A stretch of DNA of 64,000 bases from Eledone cirrhosa. Taxonomy: Eukaryota. The notes under the pieces are model-generated. The model made no database searches, was not told the DNA's origin, and saw nothing but the letters and a program-made list of their open reading frames with translations. Both the position numbers and the translations under genes were made by a program. The DNA lies in assembly GCA_964016885.1 (NCBI GenBank), contig OZ024743.1, forward strand, positions 3,596,001 to 3,660,000, given 5' to 3'. This document shows positions 27,515 to 43,920 of the stretch, one piece after another (within the stretch, counting starts at the first letter, position 1; each line of letters begins with the position of its first letter).

Positions 27515-27957
27515 TATATATATATGTGTGTGTGTATAAACTTTATTTATGTCCATACAGGGAGCAAAAGTGGTACCTAAGGTTTCAAGGCCCAATATCG
27601 ACCATATCTCCGGATTGTAAGAGAAATCAAAATCTGACCTAATCTTCAGGCACTTAGACGAGTTTGAAGATACCTTTAAATATAATATATCAGCTCTCAT
27701 CCCTGACTGAGCACTGTTTTCATTTTTCCTGTTTCACACCTACGGATATTTTCTATACACACACATGCGCGCGCACACACACACACACACGCACTCACAC
27801 ACATATACATATATATAAATTTTCTTTTTAGATACGAAGTTCCAATTTTTGTGAATATCACTCAGCATTTGTATTTGTGAGTGAATGTGCGTACTCAAAT
27901 AAATGATGTTAAGCAACTAACACTAGCCTCTGTGATTATTGCACAACATCTACACAG

Positions 27958-27996
<39 letters not shown>

Positions 27997-28188
27997 ATGT
28001 CTGTGTGTGTGTGTGTGTGTGTGTGTGAGAGAAAGATATTGTGTATGTAACTGTGTTTGTGTGTGTGAATGTTGTTGGTTATTTGTATGTGCGTATATGT
28101 ATAATCTTTGGGGTGCATACGTATATTTATCTATATCGTATATCTTTGAAGCAAAGATCTTTTTTCTCTCCCTATTTATTTGTTACAG

Positions 28189-28755
28189 GATGTCGAAATG
28201 CTGTTGCCGATATGATGTTTGTATTAGACGAATCTTCAAGTGTTAAAAATAAGAATTTCATAAAGATGAAGAATTTTGTGAAGAGTGTAGCTTCCGCCTT
28301 CCCTATATCTCGTCGACAAGTTCAAATCGGTGTTATCACTTACAATAGCAGAGTAAGACATGAATTTGATATGAACAAATACAATTCTTTTTACCACCTG
28401 AAGCGAGCAATTAACCGCATTCAATACAATGGAGGGTCAACAAAAACATTTTTAGCTTTAGATTACCTCAGAAGGCATTCTTTCCGGTATAGAGCTGGAG
28501 ACAGGAAAAGAGTTCTTAACATTGCTGTTGTCATCACAGACGGGAATTCTTCTAATAGGTATCGAACTTTATCAGCGGCCCGAAAATTAAAGCGAGCTGG
28601 AGTCCTCGTTTACGCCATTGGTATTGGACATAAAATAAATAGTCGTGAAATTAATGGTATTGCAAGTTCACCAGCTTCTAAACATGTATTTATGGTGAGA
28701 GATTTTAATCACTTGATGGCTGCGCAAAAACAATTGGTTTCTAAGGCATGTAGAG
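28189..28755 (+). CDS. VWA-EGF protein, von Willebrand factor A domain exon (matrilin/collagen-VI type)
   Basis: TTACAG acceptor, G|GTAAGT donor, 567 nt, phase 1-1. C..ADMMFVLDESSSV (DxSxS), GGSTKT, VVITDG, VYAIGIG, IASSP..HVF..C. Confidence 0.95.
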
Positions 28756-29199
28756 GTAAGTATTCTGATTAAAAGTAAATTGCGTTTTTTTCATTGTGCT
28801 TTTTAAAAAATGATTATTTGCTTTTAGTTTCGTACCCCAAAGGAGAGAGAAAATTCTCCTCTTTAAAATAAATATTGCAAATATACGGCAATGTTGATCA
28901 AATTCAGAAGAGAATATTATGAAAAATGGTTTTTGAAATTTGAACAAATTGAAAAAAGGTCACGTTTTATATTTTATTTGTTTGCCTTGTTAGTTCTTTA
29001 ATAATTGTTTTCTTGTTGTGTAATTTTAATAAAACCATATTAATTCTGTCACACCAATATTACTTATTCCCTCTTTCCCAATATTTATATTTAATTGATT
29101 TAAATATATACTGATATGAAAATGGTATTAAAGCTATGACATAGTACCAAATAGATTATTGACAGATAAAAATAACGACGACATTCTTTTCGTTTTTTA

Positions 29200-29350
29200 T
29201 CTGTTGATCATTGGGGCTCTGGGATATGTTATTAACTGTCTCAGTACAAATCTTGAGAAGTTGGGTTTCACAGAACCAGATAGGGCACGGCTAGTTAGGA
29301 AGTCCAGTATAGAACTGCAAACAATATATAAGACATTTAAAAAAATTCAG
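29200..29350 (+). mobile_element. R4/Dong-like C-terminal relic
   Basis: IIGALGYVINCLSTNLEKLGF motif. Confidence 0.45.
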
Positions 29351-29360
29351 CATGCAATGA

Positions 29361-29414
<54 letters not shown>

Positions 29415-29484
29415 CTCTATATCTCTATATATATATCTATATATATATCTATATATCTATATATATCTATATCTATATATATAT

Positions 29485-32400
29485 CCGTACATATCCATTT
29501 CTTCTCAACTCTCCACATTCGGTTCATTCATCTATATATCTTACAATCCCCCAGAATCAAAAATCGTATTCAAAATTGGCTTTCTATAATTCTGTTCTTT
29601 CTCACCGTTGTTCTAAAATAATTCTGCTCCTCGCAAACTACCCCATACCCCTCCCGCCCTCACTCTCCACCTTATTATTTGGACCAATCACAAGTAAACG
29701 ACCTATGCTAGCTCTTCTGGTTGCTTTTTCGATATGATGGATGAACTAGGGAATTTCTGGAGAGTCAGAAGAATCTGGACACCCGAAGACAATGCAAAAG
29801 ATAACGACAAATTCACCTCATGCTGCCGGACGAAAGGGCAAAGCCCCACCCTCTTTGTTGCGGCCGCGGATGGCCAACATAACCCCAACCCCATCAACCA
29901 CACCCTCCCTGCACCCCACCCACCAAACGCAATCCAAAACTTCAGAGCTGGTACCATGAATGTAGGGACCTTAAAAGGCCGCTCAAACGAGGTTGTAGAA
30001 ATGCTTGAACGTAAGGAGGTTGATGTCTGCTGCATCCAAGAGACCAGGTGGAGGGGCGGGTCTGCTAGATTCATTGTGGGTAAAAAACGATGCTATAAGC
30101 TTTTCTGGGTGGGAAATGACAATGGGCTGGGTGGGGTAGGAATCATGTTAGCAGAAAAGTGGGCAGATAAGATAATAGACGTAAATGGAGTGAACGACAG
30201 AATAATTAAAATAAGACTTGTCCTCAATAAAACTACGGTGACAGTAATATCTGCGTACGCACCCCAATCCGGACTGCCCGGCGCTATAAAAGACAGATTC
30301 TACGAGACACTGACGCTCGCTACCTCTCAAATAACCGACAGTGACTATATAGTTATTGCAGGCGACCTAAATGGTCACGTTGGACAACATTGTGACGGCT
30401 ATGACGGAATCCATGGAGGCTACGGGTTCGGTACTAGAAATGAGGAAGGCTCCAGAATCCTGGAATTCTGCGACGCAAATAACCTAACTATCTGTAACAC
30501 TAACTTCAAAAAACGAGACAATTACTTGATCAGCTATAGATCCGGGGAACACACAAGCCAGGTAGATTATATCCTTACCAGAAGACGTGACAGAGTGTCT
30601 GTTGTTAACACTAAATCCCTCCCCCATGAAGAATTCACCTCCCAACATAGACTGATAATTAGAGACCTCATAGTCAGGACGAGACGTACTAGACAGCGGA
30701 AGAGGACTATCCTCAGGAGAAAAATATGGAAGCTAAAGGACCCCATAGCCAGAAATAAATTTCAAAGCATATTACTTGACGCTTTCGACAGTAAGGAAGA
30801 GCAATTAGAGTCGTATAATATAGAGGAACAGTGGGAATTCCTGAGAGCAAACCTGCTGACGGCGGCAGACGAAGTCTGTGGCTGGAGCAGGCCTGTAGGT
30901 AGGAGGAGAGTAACATGGTGGTGGAACAGTAAGGTGGAGGAGTCAATTAAGGCCAAAAAGCAGGCTTGGAAAGTATGGCGGGATGGGGGAAGTAGAGAAG
31001 ACTATCAAGTGGCCAGGAGGGAAGCTAGGAGACAAGTGTACTTCGCAAGAAGGGAAGCAGAGGAAAGAAAGTTCAAGCATGTTCTACAACGTGAGGTGTT
31101 CAGGATTGCCAGGCAATGTGTCAAGGAAAACCGTGATATTGTCGGGGAGAAGTGTGTACTTAACGATGATGGCATACTTGCCATCACCGATGCTGATAAG
31201 AGGGTAGCTTGGAAGTGTCACTATGAAAGGCTTCTAAATGAGGAGAACAAATGGGAGAAAGACAGTCTCCCCCACATCGACCCAATAGAGGGACCAGCAG
31301 TGTTAGTCCAGGGTAGTACAATAAGCAAGGCAATCAAAGATATGAAGACGGGTAAGGCGGCTGGTCCTTCGGAAATAGTTGCTGAGATGCTGAAGGCATC
31401 TGGTTCGGTGGGACACACCATGGTCACCCGGATAGTTAACCAAGTCGTACAGAATGGGGTTGTTCCGAAGGACTGGCGTAGCAGCATCATCGTTAACTGC
31501 TATAAGGGAAAAGGAGATGCCCTAGATAGGGGTAACTATAGAGGCATTAAATTAATCGACCAGGTCATGAAGGTCACGGAAAAAGTAATAGCGCAACTAA
31601 TCAGAGAGAGAATTGATCTAGATGAAATGCAGTTCGGGTTTGTGTCAGGCAAAAGTACCACAGACGCTCTTTTCATTGTACGACAACTACAGGAGAAGTA
31701 CCTAGCTAAAAGTAAACCCTTATACTTAGCTTTCGTCGACTTGGAGAAAGCCTTCGACAGAGTCCCCCGTTCCATTATCTGGTGGTCTCTTAGAAAACTA
31801 GGTGTTGACGAATGGCTTGTGAGAGCTATACAAGCCATGTATAAAGAAACAGTCAGTATGGTTAGAATTAACAACGAATATAGTGAAGAGTTTAGCGTAA
31901 AAGTTGGTGTCCATCAGGGCTCTGTTCTTAGCCCCCTACTATTTATTATTGCCCTTCAGGCTATAACAGAGGAGTTCAAGACCGGCTGCCCATGGCAACT
32001 CCTATACGCAGATGATCTAACGCTCATAGCTGAATCAATGACCGAACTAGAGAAGAAATTCCAAACATAGAAGCACGGCCTAGAATCAAAAGGCCTTAAA
32101 ATTAACCTGGCTAAGACTAAAGTTCTAGTTTGTAGGAAAGAAAATAAGGCGGCGGTCCCATCTGGGAAATGGCCATGCTCAGTGTGTAGGAAAGGCGTAG
32201 GTAGAAACTCCATTTTATGTCCCAAATGCAAAGTATGGGTGCATAAAAGATGTAGTGGGATCACAGATAAGCTAACTAAGAACATAGATTTTACATGTGG
32301 CCGGTGCTCTGGTGCAATAGGTAGCAGCAAGTGCCCACAAAATACTAGCTCCTTCAACTGCGCAGAGGGTTCTATAGAAATAGTGGACAGCTTCCGTTAC

Positions 32401-33470
32401 CTGGGTGACAAAATCAGCAGTGGGGGAGGGTGCTCTGAAAGTATAGTAGCTAGAGTCAGAACTGGATGGAAAAAGTTCAGAGAGCTTATACCACTATTAG
32501 CCGCTAGAGGGTTCTCCCTAAAAATGAAAGGCAGGTTGTACGATGCCTGCATACGAACAGCAATGCTGCATGGCAGTGAGACCTGGGCATTGTGTGCAGA
32601 GGATATACGCAGACTAGAGAGGAACGAAGCTTGCATGCTCCGCTGGATGTGCAATAGTAATATACGTGAACGGCAAAGCATAAACGAACTAAGGAAAAAA
32701 TTAGAAATAAGAGGGATCAGATGTTGTTTACTCGAGAGAAGGCTACGTTGGTACGGTCACGTGATGCGCATGAAAGACGACAGCTGTATAACAAAGTGCA
32801 GGGCAATAAAGATAGACGGTAGCCACGGAGTAGGCAGACCCAGAAAAACATGGGACGAGATGATAAATTCCGACCTCACACGCTTACACCTCTCCAAGTC
32901 AATGTCACTGGACCGAGACCTTTGGCGGTACTCAGTAATAGAGAAGACCCGCCTTACCTAAATACAAAGTAAAAACCTACTACAGTCAGTAGGCATCTCT
33001 ATCAAAACACACCCCCGTCCCACCACCTCCACCCCATCCACACCGCCCCTTTCAATGTAAAGTTATGTTGGTCCCACAACATCCAGGCCGAAACAAATGA
33101 GATCGTGTAGGTGGCACGACAAAAAAAAACACACAGTCCACGCTGTTAATGTGGCCGTGTAGGCAACACGGTAAAAACCTCCCAGCCCCACACTGTAAAT
33201 GTGGTTGGTGTTAGGAAGGGCATCCAGCTGTAGAAAACCCGCCAGACAGTCCACGCTGTAATGTGGCCGTGTAGGCAACACGGTAAAAACCTCCCAGCCC
33301 CACACTGTAAATGTGGTTGGTGTTAGGAAGGGCATCCAACTGTAGAAAACCCGCCAGACAGTCCTATGCGAGCAAGACAACCACTCTTGCCTCAAGTGGG
33401 AAAACCCCCGTCCAAACCCATGCAAGCGTGGAACACGGACGCTAAACCTGATGATGATGATGATGATGAT
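29485..33470 (+). mobile_element. Near full-length RTE-clade LINE (APE endonuclease, RT, PHD finger), one premature stop
   Basis: GTMNVGTL, IQETRW, SAYAPQ, GDLNGHVG, QVDYIL (APE); FVDLEKAFD, GVHQGSVLSP, YADD, FRYLG (RT). ORFs 29734-32070 and 32182-32961 share a frame, separated by TAG (likely from TGG). (GAT)n tail; inserted in TA/TCTA repeat in intron 3. Confidence 0.95.
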
Positions 33471-34960
33471 ATCTATATCTATATATCTATATATATCTAT
33501 ATATATCTATATATATATATATATCTATATATCTATATCTATATCTATATATCTATATATATATCTATATATATATATATATATATATATATAGATATAG
33601 ATATATCTATATATATATATCTATATTTGATATATATATATATCTATAATTGATGGTCAAGAAAATTTTCTTGACCATCAATTGTTAATCAATTGTTTGT
33701 TATTTAGGCAAGAATGTACCATTGTGTTTGTGCTAGTCCTATGTGTTGCTGTGTGTGTGTAAAGTATCCGAGCGCGGGATATCCCTGAGCTAATTTTGCC
33801 TGACCGTTAATAGTGTTCTGATTACTTGTTGATTGGGCAGGAATATATATTGTTGTCTTTGTTGATCCTGTATCAATAACTTTGTGATAATTTTGTAATA
33901 ATTTTATGATAATTTTGTAATAATTTTGCGATAATTTTATGATAATTTGATAATTTTGTAATGATTTTGTGGTAATTTTGTGATGATTTGATAATTTTGT
34001 AATGATTTTGTGGTAATTTTGTAATAATTTTGTAATAATTTTTAATCCTGTATCAATAATTTTAGAATGTTTTTTTTTGTGATAATACATGGTTAGATCA
34101 CTGAAGCTACCTTATACCTTCTTAAAGATACATTTTATAATTATTGTCTTTTTGCTTATGTATTTTCTTAGTTACCACTTTCTTTAATCTTGCCCAACTT
34201 AATAAACTCCTTGAATTGCTCCCTAATTAAATTACTTAAATTGCTTAGATTATTGTATCTATTATGCCTATGTTGTATCTGTTGAAGCAGCCCTTTGAAA
34301 ATTCCTCGGATATCCCAAATACCGTAATTTTTAATTTTTAACTTTTAATGTATAATTTTCCTCAATTCGTTTTTATATTTATCCTTAAAGGCTCTCTAAA
34401 ATTTTAATTCTTCGAAGGGTCTCTCGGAAGAAGTTCCTATTGGAAATATTAAAGGGGCCTTTTCTTAGAGATTTATGGAAGGCTCTCTGAATTAACCTCT
34501 AATCTTTCAACCTAGTTTTCAATTCAGTTTTCTGAATTTTGTAAACGTGATCTCGGGGGAAGAAGGTTTTTTTCTTTCGGAAAAAAATTTTTTTCTCTAG
34601 AAGAAATTTCATAGGAACTTTATATATTTTTTAGGGAAACTTTATATTTTTATTTTATTATTTTATTAGCCTCTTAATTTTCTTCTAGTCTAACAGGTTT
34701 ATTATGCACTCATTGAGGGATTTTCTAAGGTGCTTCTACGGGACCCCAAGTCTTTTAGTTTAATGTTGATGCGTAAATTATATATTTTTGTCTAATTTTT
34801 AAACTTCAATCCCTGACCCCGACAACTAATATAAAAGAGCCCCCCTTAGAATATTGACCCCAACTATACAAGCGGAGTTGCTGATGTATACAACAATTTC
34901 AAACTGCTAGCCTTGAGTGATATGTTGATGTAAACAATGATCTTGCAATCACATGTTATA

Positions 34961-35007
34961 TGCCTTGATAAGTCCCACCACGGGGTCGGACGAAACGGCT
35001 GTCGGCA
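34961..35007 (+). ncRNA. Hammerhead, U3:A8 core
   Basis: TGCC-TTGATAA-GTCC..GGAC-GAAACGGCTGTC-GGCA followed by AATAAA. Confidence 0.75.
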
Positions 35008-35049
35008 ATAAACTTGTTATAATGTCATAATAGTTGTTCTTTTTCACTA

Positions 35050-38115
<3,066 letters not shown>

Positions 38116-38359
38116 AGTATGCATGTATACGTACATACATATATGTATACAGACGTACAGTAGCATGCATATATATATATATATATATACATATATATAT
38201 ACATATGCATACAGGTACACATACATATATGCACGTATCAGTTTAGCGGCGCTTATTATAACGTCGCTTTGTTCGTTTGTAAACAAACTGAACAGCCTGA
38301 ATTTATGCCATACGGTGTTAAGGCAACCACGTCACCTTTTTGTTCAACACTGACACAGG

Positions 38360-38404
38360 AACGATGTACTAGTTTCAAGCTTGTTAGCTATCATCAGCAC
38401 CGTT
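38360..38404 (-). ncRNA. Minimal type-I hammerhead
   Basis: AACGGTG-CTGATGA-TAGCT AACA AGCTT-GAAACTAGTA-CATCGTT; palindromic stem III ACTAGT, GUA triplet. Confidence 0.85.
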
Positions 38405-38837
38405 TACCCATCTGCCAGATAGTTGAACGTTCGAAAGTATATACTTTCCTTATGAAAATTAACGGCTGAGCAGCCTAATTTGCATATTGAGTGAGTTAAA
38501 TCGGTCAGGCATACCGAAAACGATAAATTGAAACAAAATGAAAACGAAATTTCATTTCTCACTCTTAGTATGGCACTTACTTAAATGTAAGTATGCATGT
38601 ATACGTACATACATATATGTATACAGACGTACAGTAGCATGCACATATATATATATATATATATATACATATATATATACATATGCATACAGGTACACAT
38701 ACATATATGCACGTATCAGTTTAGCGGCGCTTATTATAACGTCGCTTTGTTCGTTTGTAAACAAACTGAACAGCCTGAATTTATACCATACGGTGTTAAG
38801 GCAACCACGTCACCTTTTTGTTCAACACTGACACAGG

Positions 38838-38882
38838 AACGATGTACTAGTTTCAAGCTTGTTAGCTATCATCAGCACCGTT
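38838..38882 (-). ncRNA. Minimal type-I hammerhead (second tandem copy)
   Basis: Identical to 38360-38404. Confidence 0.85.
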
Positions 38883-39038
38883 TACCCATCTGCCAGATAG
38901 TTGAACGTTCGAAAGTATATACTTTCCTTATGAAAATTATATATATATATCTATATATATCTCTCTATATATATATCTATATATATCTATATATATATCT
39001 ATATATCTCTATATATATATATGATATATATATATATA

Positions 39039-39075
<37 letters not shown>

Positions 39076-39186
39076 ATATATATATCTATATATATCTATA
39101 TATATATATCTATATATATATATCTATATATCTATATATATATATATGATATATATATATATATATATGATATATATATATATATG

Positions 39187-39219
<33 letters not shown>

Positions 39220-39258
39220 ATGATATATATATATATGATTTATATATATATATATATG

Positions 39259-39297
<39 letters not shown>

Positions 39298-39422
39298 ATG
39301 ATATATATATATATGATTTATATATATATTATATATATATATGATATATATATATATGATTTATATATATATATGATATATATATATATGATATATATAT
39401 ATATATGATATATATATATATG

Positions 39423-39457
<35 letters not shown>

Positions 39458-39563
39458 ATGATATATATATATATATATAGATATATCTATATATCTATAT
39501 ATATCTATATCTATATATATATATATATATATATATATAGATAGATATATATATATAGATATA

Positions 39564-42500
39564 TTTCTTTATTAGCCACAGGGGCACAAAAGAAGGGGAC
39601 AAATACAAAGGGGGAAGTTTACATACAATAAAAACGTGTAAAATGTTATCACAAATGGAATTTAAAAGTTAGTCGATTTTCCCCAATAGAGGGAGACAGT
39701 TTATATGGGTAACACATACCCCCGAAAAAAAATGTGCAACCCTCATCTCAAGGAGTACGAAGAGCTTGTACTCCTTTCCTCTCCTCCTCCTTTTCCTCAA
39801 CCTACAGGCTGATATAGAGAGAAGGCCCATTCACTCGGGCCATTCTCGCCACTTTCACCCACCTTTCATAAAACTTGCTGGGGTACAGCACCTCTCTCTC
39901 CATCCTGATTCTTCTTACAAAGTGGTATTTGAAAAAAATAATCAGTTGTTGGCCGGAGAGAAAGGTGTCTGACCTCAGCCCTTTCAACCTTGTCCACCAT
40001 ACAACCTCTTTCGCCATAGCTATCACACAAAGGAAAACCGCCTCTCCTTCGTTTTTGAAGGAGGGTGGCGGTTTGATCATGACAATGGACTCGGTGGTCA
40101 ACTGGATTGGTCCCACCCGCGACAATAGTCGTTCTACATAGCCCCACAGGTCAGTGACGCCCGGGCAGTGTATGAATGCGTGCGCGACGGTTTCTTCGTC
40201 TCGCACGCACCTCGGACAGATCTTTTTTGCAGGGTCCCTGCCCGGGCGCCCATGTCTGTAGAGCTTGTCTCGAACTGGTAGAGCTCCTCGGTAGCACTGC
40301 CAGGCCAGGGACTTTTGGAAGTTGTCCATCGGTCCCGGGCGGAAGGTTCTACCGAACAGACTGGCCAGTTCATCTTCCTCCACGCCTAGAGTTTCACCGA
40401 GCGCGTCGTCGCACTTGCTGCGGACCAACCCTCTATAGAATGACGAAGTGGAGTCTCCACTGATCGCCGGGTCCGCCTGCCAGAGGGCTGTGAGCGCCTG
40501 AGCACATTCGATGTGCCAGTCGCCCATTTTCCTCGGTCTCTGCTTGACCCAGGACTGCAGCTCGGTCAGCGAGACGAGTCGTGGGAAGGCTCGCCTCACG
40601 AACGGGGCCCACACCGGTTGTCCGGTGAGGAATACGTAGAGATGCCGCAGCCTGAGCGCGTGTTTGCGCATCGTCAACCACGGCATCCCCAGCCCTCCGT
40701 TAGAAGGGTGTTGGCAGCAGATGGATCTTCTTACCAAAGGAGCCCGCCTCTTCCAAAGGAATCGGAAGAGGGCGCGCTCCATTTTGGCGAGCGTTTTGGC
40801 TGGACAAGGCACGACGGTCAAGCGGTAGTAGATGGCGGACGCTATAAAAGTGTTCGCCACCTCCGCTCGACCTTTCAAGGATAGTTTGCACTCGGCCCAC
40901 TTCTGGGTGAGTGCAAACACCTTGGCCGTCACTTCGTTCCAGTTCTTCTCCACCTGGAGGTCCGGACCAAACCAGACCCCGAGCAGCTTTACCGGTCCTT
41001 CCGTCCAGCGTCCGACGACGCCATCGGAAGGCATCGGTCTGCCTCTCCACGATCCGAGTTGCAAACCGATGGACTTGTCCCGGTTCAGCTTCGCTCCTGT
41101 GAGACTTTCGTATTCCTTTAGTAAGGTGCCGACTTCCTCGATTTGCGAGGCGCTCGACACCATTATTGTTACGTCGTCGGCGTAGGCCGACGCCGCTTTC
41201 CGCAGTCCCGGTTCCAGAGGGATGCCCTGCAATAGCTCCAGCTTCCGCAGTAGTGGCTCGAGAGTCAGTACGTACAGAAGGGAGGAGAGAGGGCATCCCT
41301 GTCGAATGGATCGCGTAATATGGAACGGCTCCGAGAGGTAACCGTTCACCTTGACCCTTGAGCAGATGTTGCTGTTGTGCATTGCAGCAATCCAGCCCCT
41401 GAACACGGGTCCGAAGCCTGCCGCCTCGAGCACCGCATCCAGGTAACGATGGTCAACCCTATCGAAAGCCTTAGACTGATCCAAGTTGATCAGGGCCCCA
41501 CCGAAGCCGGGTTTACACCCTACCCTCTCTATGATGTATCGCATGAGGTGGAGGTTGTCGTGTATGGACCTGGTCGGGATCGCGCATGTCTGCGCTTCTC
41601 CCACCAGGTTCTCGACGACAAGCGCCAGCCTCTTTGCCAACACCTTGGCCAAAATCTGTAGCTCTGTGTTTAGCAGAGTTATGGGCCGGAAGTTGCCTAT
41701 GTCATCCCCCTTATTCTCGTCCTTCCTGATTAGTGTGACCACGCCCCCGGCTACAGAACTGGGAATTCTCCCGTTCTGTTGCCAGTTGCAGTAGACCGCT
41801 TCCAGGAGACCGGAGAATAAGTCCGGCATTGCTACGTAAAATTCGTAGGGTAGACCGTCGAGACCTGGAGATTTGCGTTTGCCGCATTGGCTCAGCGCGT
41901 CCCCTATCTCAGTGGCTGAAATCGGCTTTTCGCAGAACTTCGCCTCGCTGTCCGAGAGTCGCGGTAGGCCGTCGAGGTATGGACCGAAATCCATAGCCTC
42001 TCCCGGCGCGCCGCTCCCCCCGAACAGCCGAGCAAAGTGCCGCTGAAAAGCCGCACACATCTGCTTCGGCTCATGTATCACGCGTCCGTTTTGGTCCTTC
42101 AAAGACCGAATCGTGGACTTGTTGCCACTTTTTGCCTCCGTCACTCGGGCCCAGCTAACAGCTTTGGCTCCCTCGTTTCCCAGAGCACGTATTTTGCTTC
42201 TGACAACGCAGCCCTCGTGCTTTGCGTCGAAGAACTGGTCCAAGGCCGTTCTCGTTGCTAGCACGCTGGCTACGTTGCCACTTCTAATTGCCTCTTCTAC
42301 TTTATCTACCAGTTCCTTCTCGGTTCTATTTCTATCTAACGCTAATTCTTTACTAAAAACTATCGAGTCTAATCTAACTGCCCTCTTGAGAGAGTACCAC
42401 CATCTGTTGTTGACAATGGCCCCTGTCAAGTGCTGTTTAACTAAAGTGCTAATCCGTCTACTGTAGGCTTTGCTTGTCGGTAACGACAAGTTCAGCTTCC

Positions 42501-43637
42501 AGTAGCCGGGTCCTTGTCTATGGGTTCTATCAAGGTTGGCCATGCAGGTCACTAGTTTGTGATCTGAATAGGCAACCATGAACATTTGTGGACAGCTTAA
42601 CATGTCCCTATCCTTATTTCTAACTAGAACCCTATCTAGGTACGATCTAGATGTTCCGCTACCACGATCTAGATGTTCCGACTCCACGTCCACAGTGGCG
42701 CAGTCGGAAAATCTAGTCGATATCTATCGGCCAGGTCAAATCGGTCGATTAACTGTTTGAGGCTGTTACACCCCCCTTTATCGGGACATGCTCCCACATA
42801 GTCCCAACGTGCATCTAGGATTCCATTCCAGTCCCCCACTAAAAGCAAGGAGCGGGACGCTCCCAGAAAAGTCTCTAGACGTTTGAAGAAGTCTGGCCGC
42901 GGTGTCCCGGATGGGGCATATGCGGCCACCAGCCTGAACGCTCCACCTTCACTACCGTCAACGTCTAGGACCACCAGTCGACCCTCCGGGTCCAGATGTA
43001 CCGTCTGTGTTACGAGGCCCAGGTGTTTCCGCAGCAAAACGGCAACTCCGCCCCCACCCCCCGGTTGACAGAGAGATGCGTAGATCTCAAAGTCATCGAA
43101 GATGGGGGCCAGCTGTCGCTCGCCGTGGATCCTGGACTCGCAAATGGCTACCACATCCAAACTGTGCGACCTGAGGTCGTTTAAGAGTTTGCCCTGTTTC
43201 CAGGGCATCCCCAGGCCGCGTACGTTCACACATCCAACTCTTATATTGGCCATGTTGGTGCTGAAAAGTTAAAAGAGGAAAAGAGATCACTCACTCTTCG
43301 CCTCCTGGGGACCAGGCCGCACGATTTCCATGGGGGTGTTGGAGGGGTTGTCTGGATGGGTGGTGGTTTCCGGCGGGGTGGGGACGCAGATGTTTGGTGG
43401 GGTGGGGTCTGGTGGGATGGGGGTGTCTGGGGTGGGGAGGCATTTGAGAAGGACGCGGTTGAGTGGTTTCACGCAGGAATTCCCCACATCCTTCTCAAAT
43501 GTTTCTTTTAGGGACCTATAAGTTTGTATAGGGACCCTAATCAGTTTTAGGTTCAGTTTTTTGCTATTTTTTTATAGAGTAGGCGAAAGTTTTCCCTTCG
43601 GTGAAAACCGAAGGGTCGTTCGTGATGGTCTCCATTA
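39564..43637 (-). mobile_element. Tx1/L1-type LINE, 5'-truncated in ORF1, with near-intact ORF2 (APE + RT + CCHC)
   Basis: GCVNVRGL, VAAYAP, VGDWNG, YLDR, YSDH (APE); KSPGLDGLP, LDQSKAFD, RQGCPLS, AYADD (RT); CPRC..ETVAHAFIHC. AATAAA at the 3' end; one frameshift near 42670; flanked by TA/GA repeats. Confidence 0.95.
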
Positions 43638-43844
43638 GATATATATAGATAGATAGATAGATATATATATAGATATATATATATATATAGATATATATAT
43701 ATAGATATATATATATAGATATATATATACAGATATATATATATATATATATAGATGTAGATATATATATAGATAGATAGATATATATATAGATAGATAT
43801 AGATAGATAGAGATAGATAGATAGATATAGATAGATATAGATAT

Positions 43845-43920
43845 GTTTCTTTTATTTGCCACTAGGGCATCAAAAGTGGGACAAGTACAAAGGGGGGAGT
43901 TTACACAAAAAGGCGTCCTC
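43845..43920 (-). mobile_element. Short 3'-end fragment of a related Tx1-type LINE
   Basis: TTTCTTT(TT)ATT.GCCAC..GGGCA..AAAAG..GGGACAA.TACAAAGGGGG aligns with 39564-39625. Confidence 0.7.

Larger units (their letters stand above)
38116..38939 (-). mobile_element. Tandem hammerhead repeat (~1.7 copies of a 478-nt unit), retrozyme-like
   Basis: Near-identical direct repeats 38116-38461 and 38590-38939, each with a complete hammerhead; non-coding; inside (TA)n. Confidence 0.75.

Noticed and set aside
28041-28188. N-terminal hydrophobic extension of the 243-aa VWA ORF
   Set aside because: Intronic TG-rich sequence upstream of a clear acceptor at 28188; the real signal peptide comes from upstream exons.
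33700-34950. Possible coding relic with 11-12-bp tandem repeats upstream of the 34961 hammerhead
   Set aside because: Probably Penelope-derived, but no motif is convincing enough to assign.
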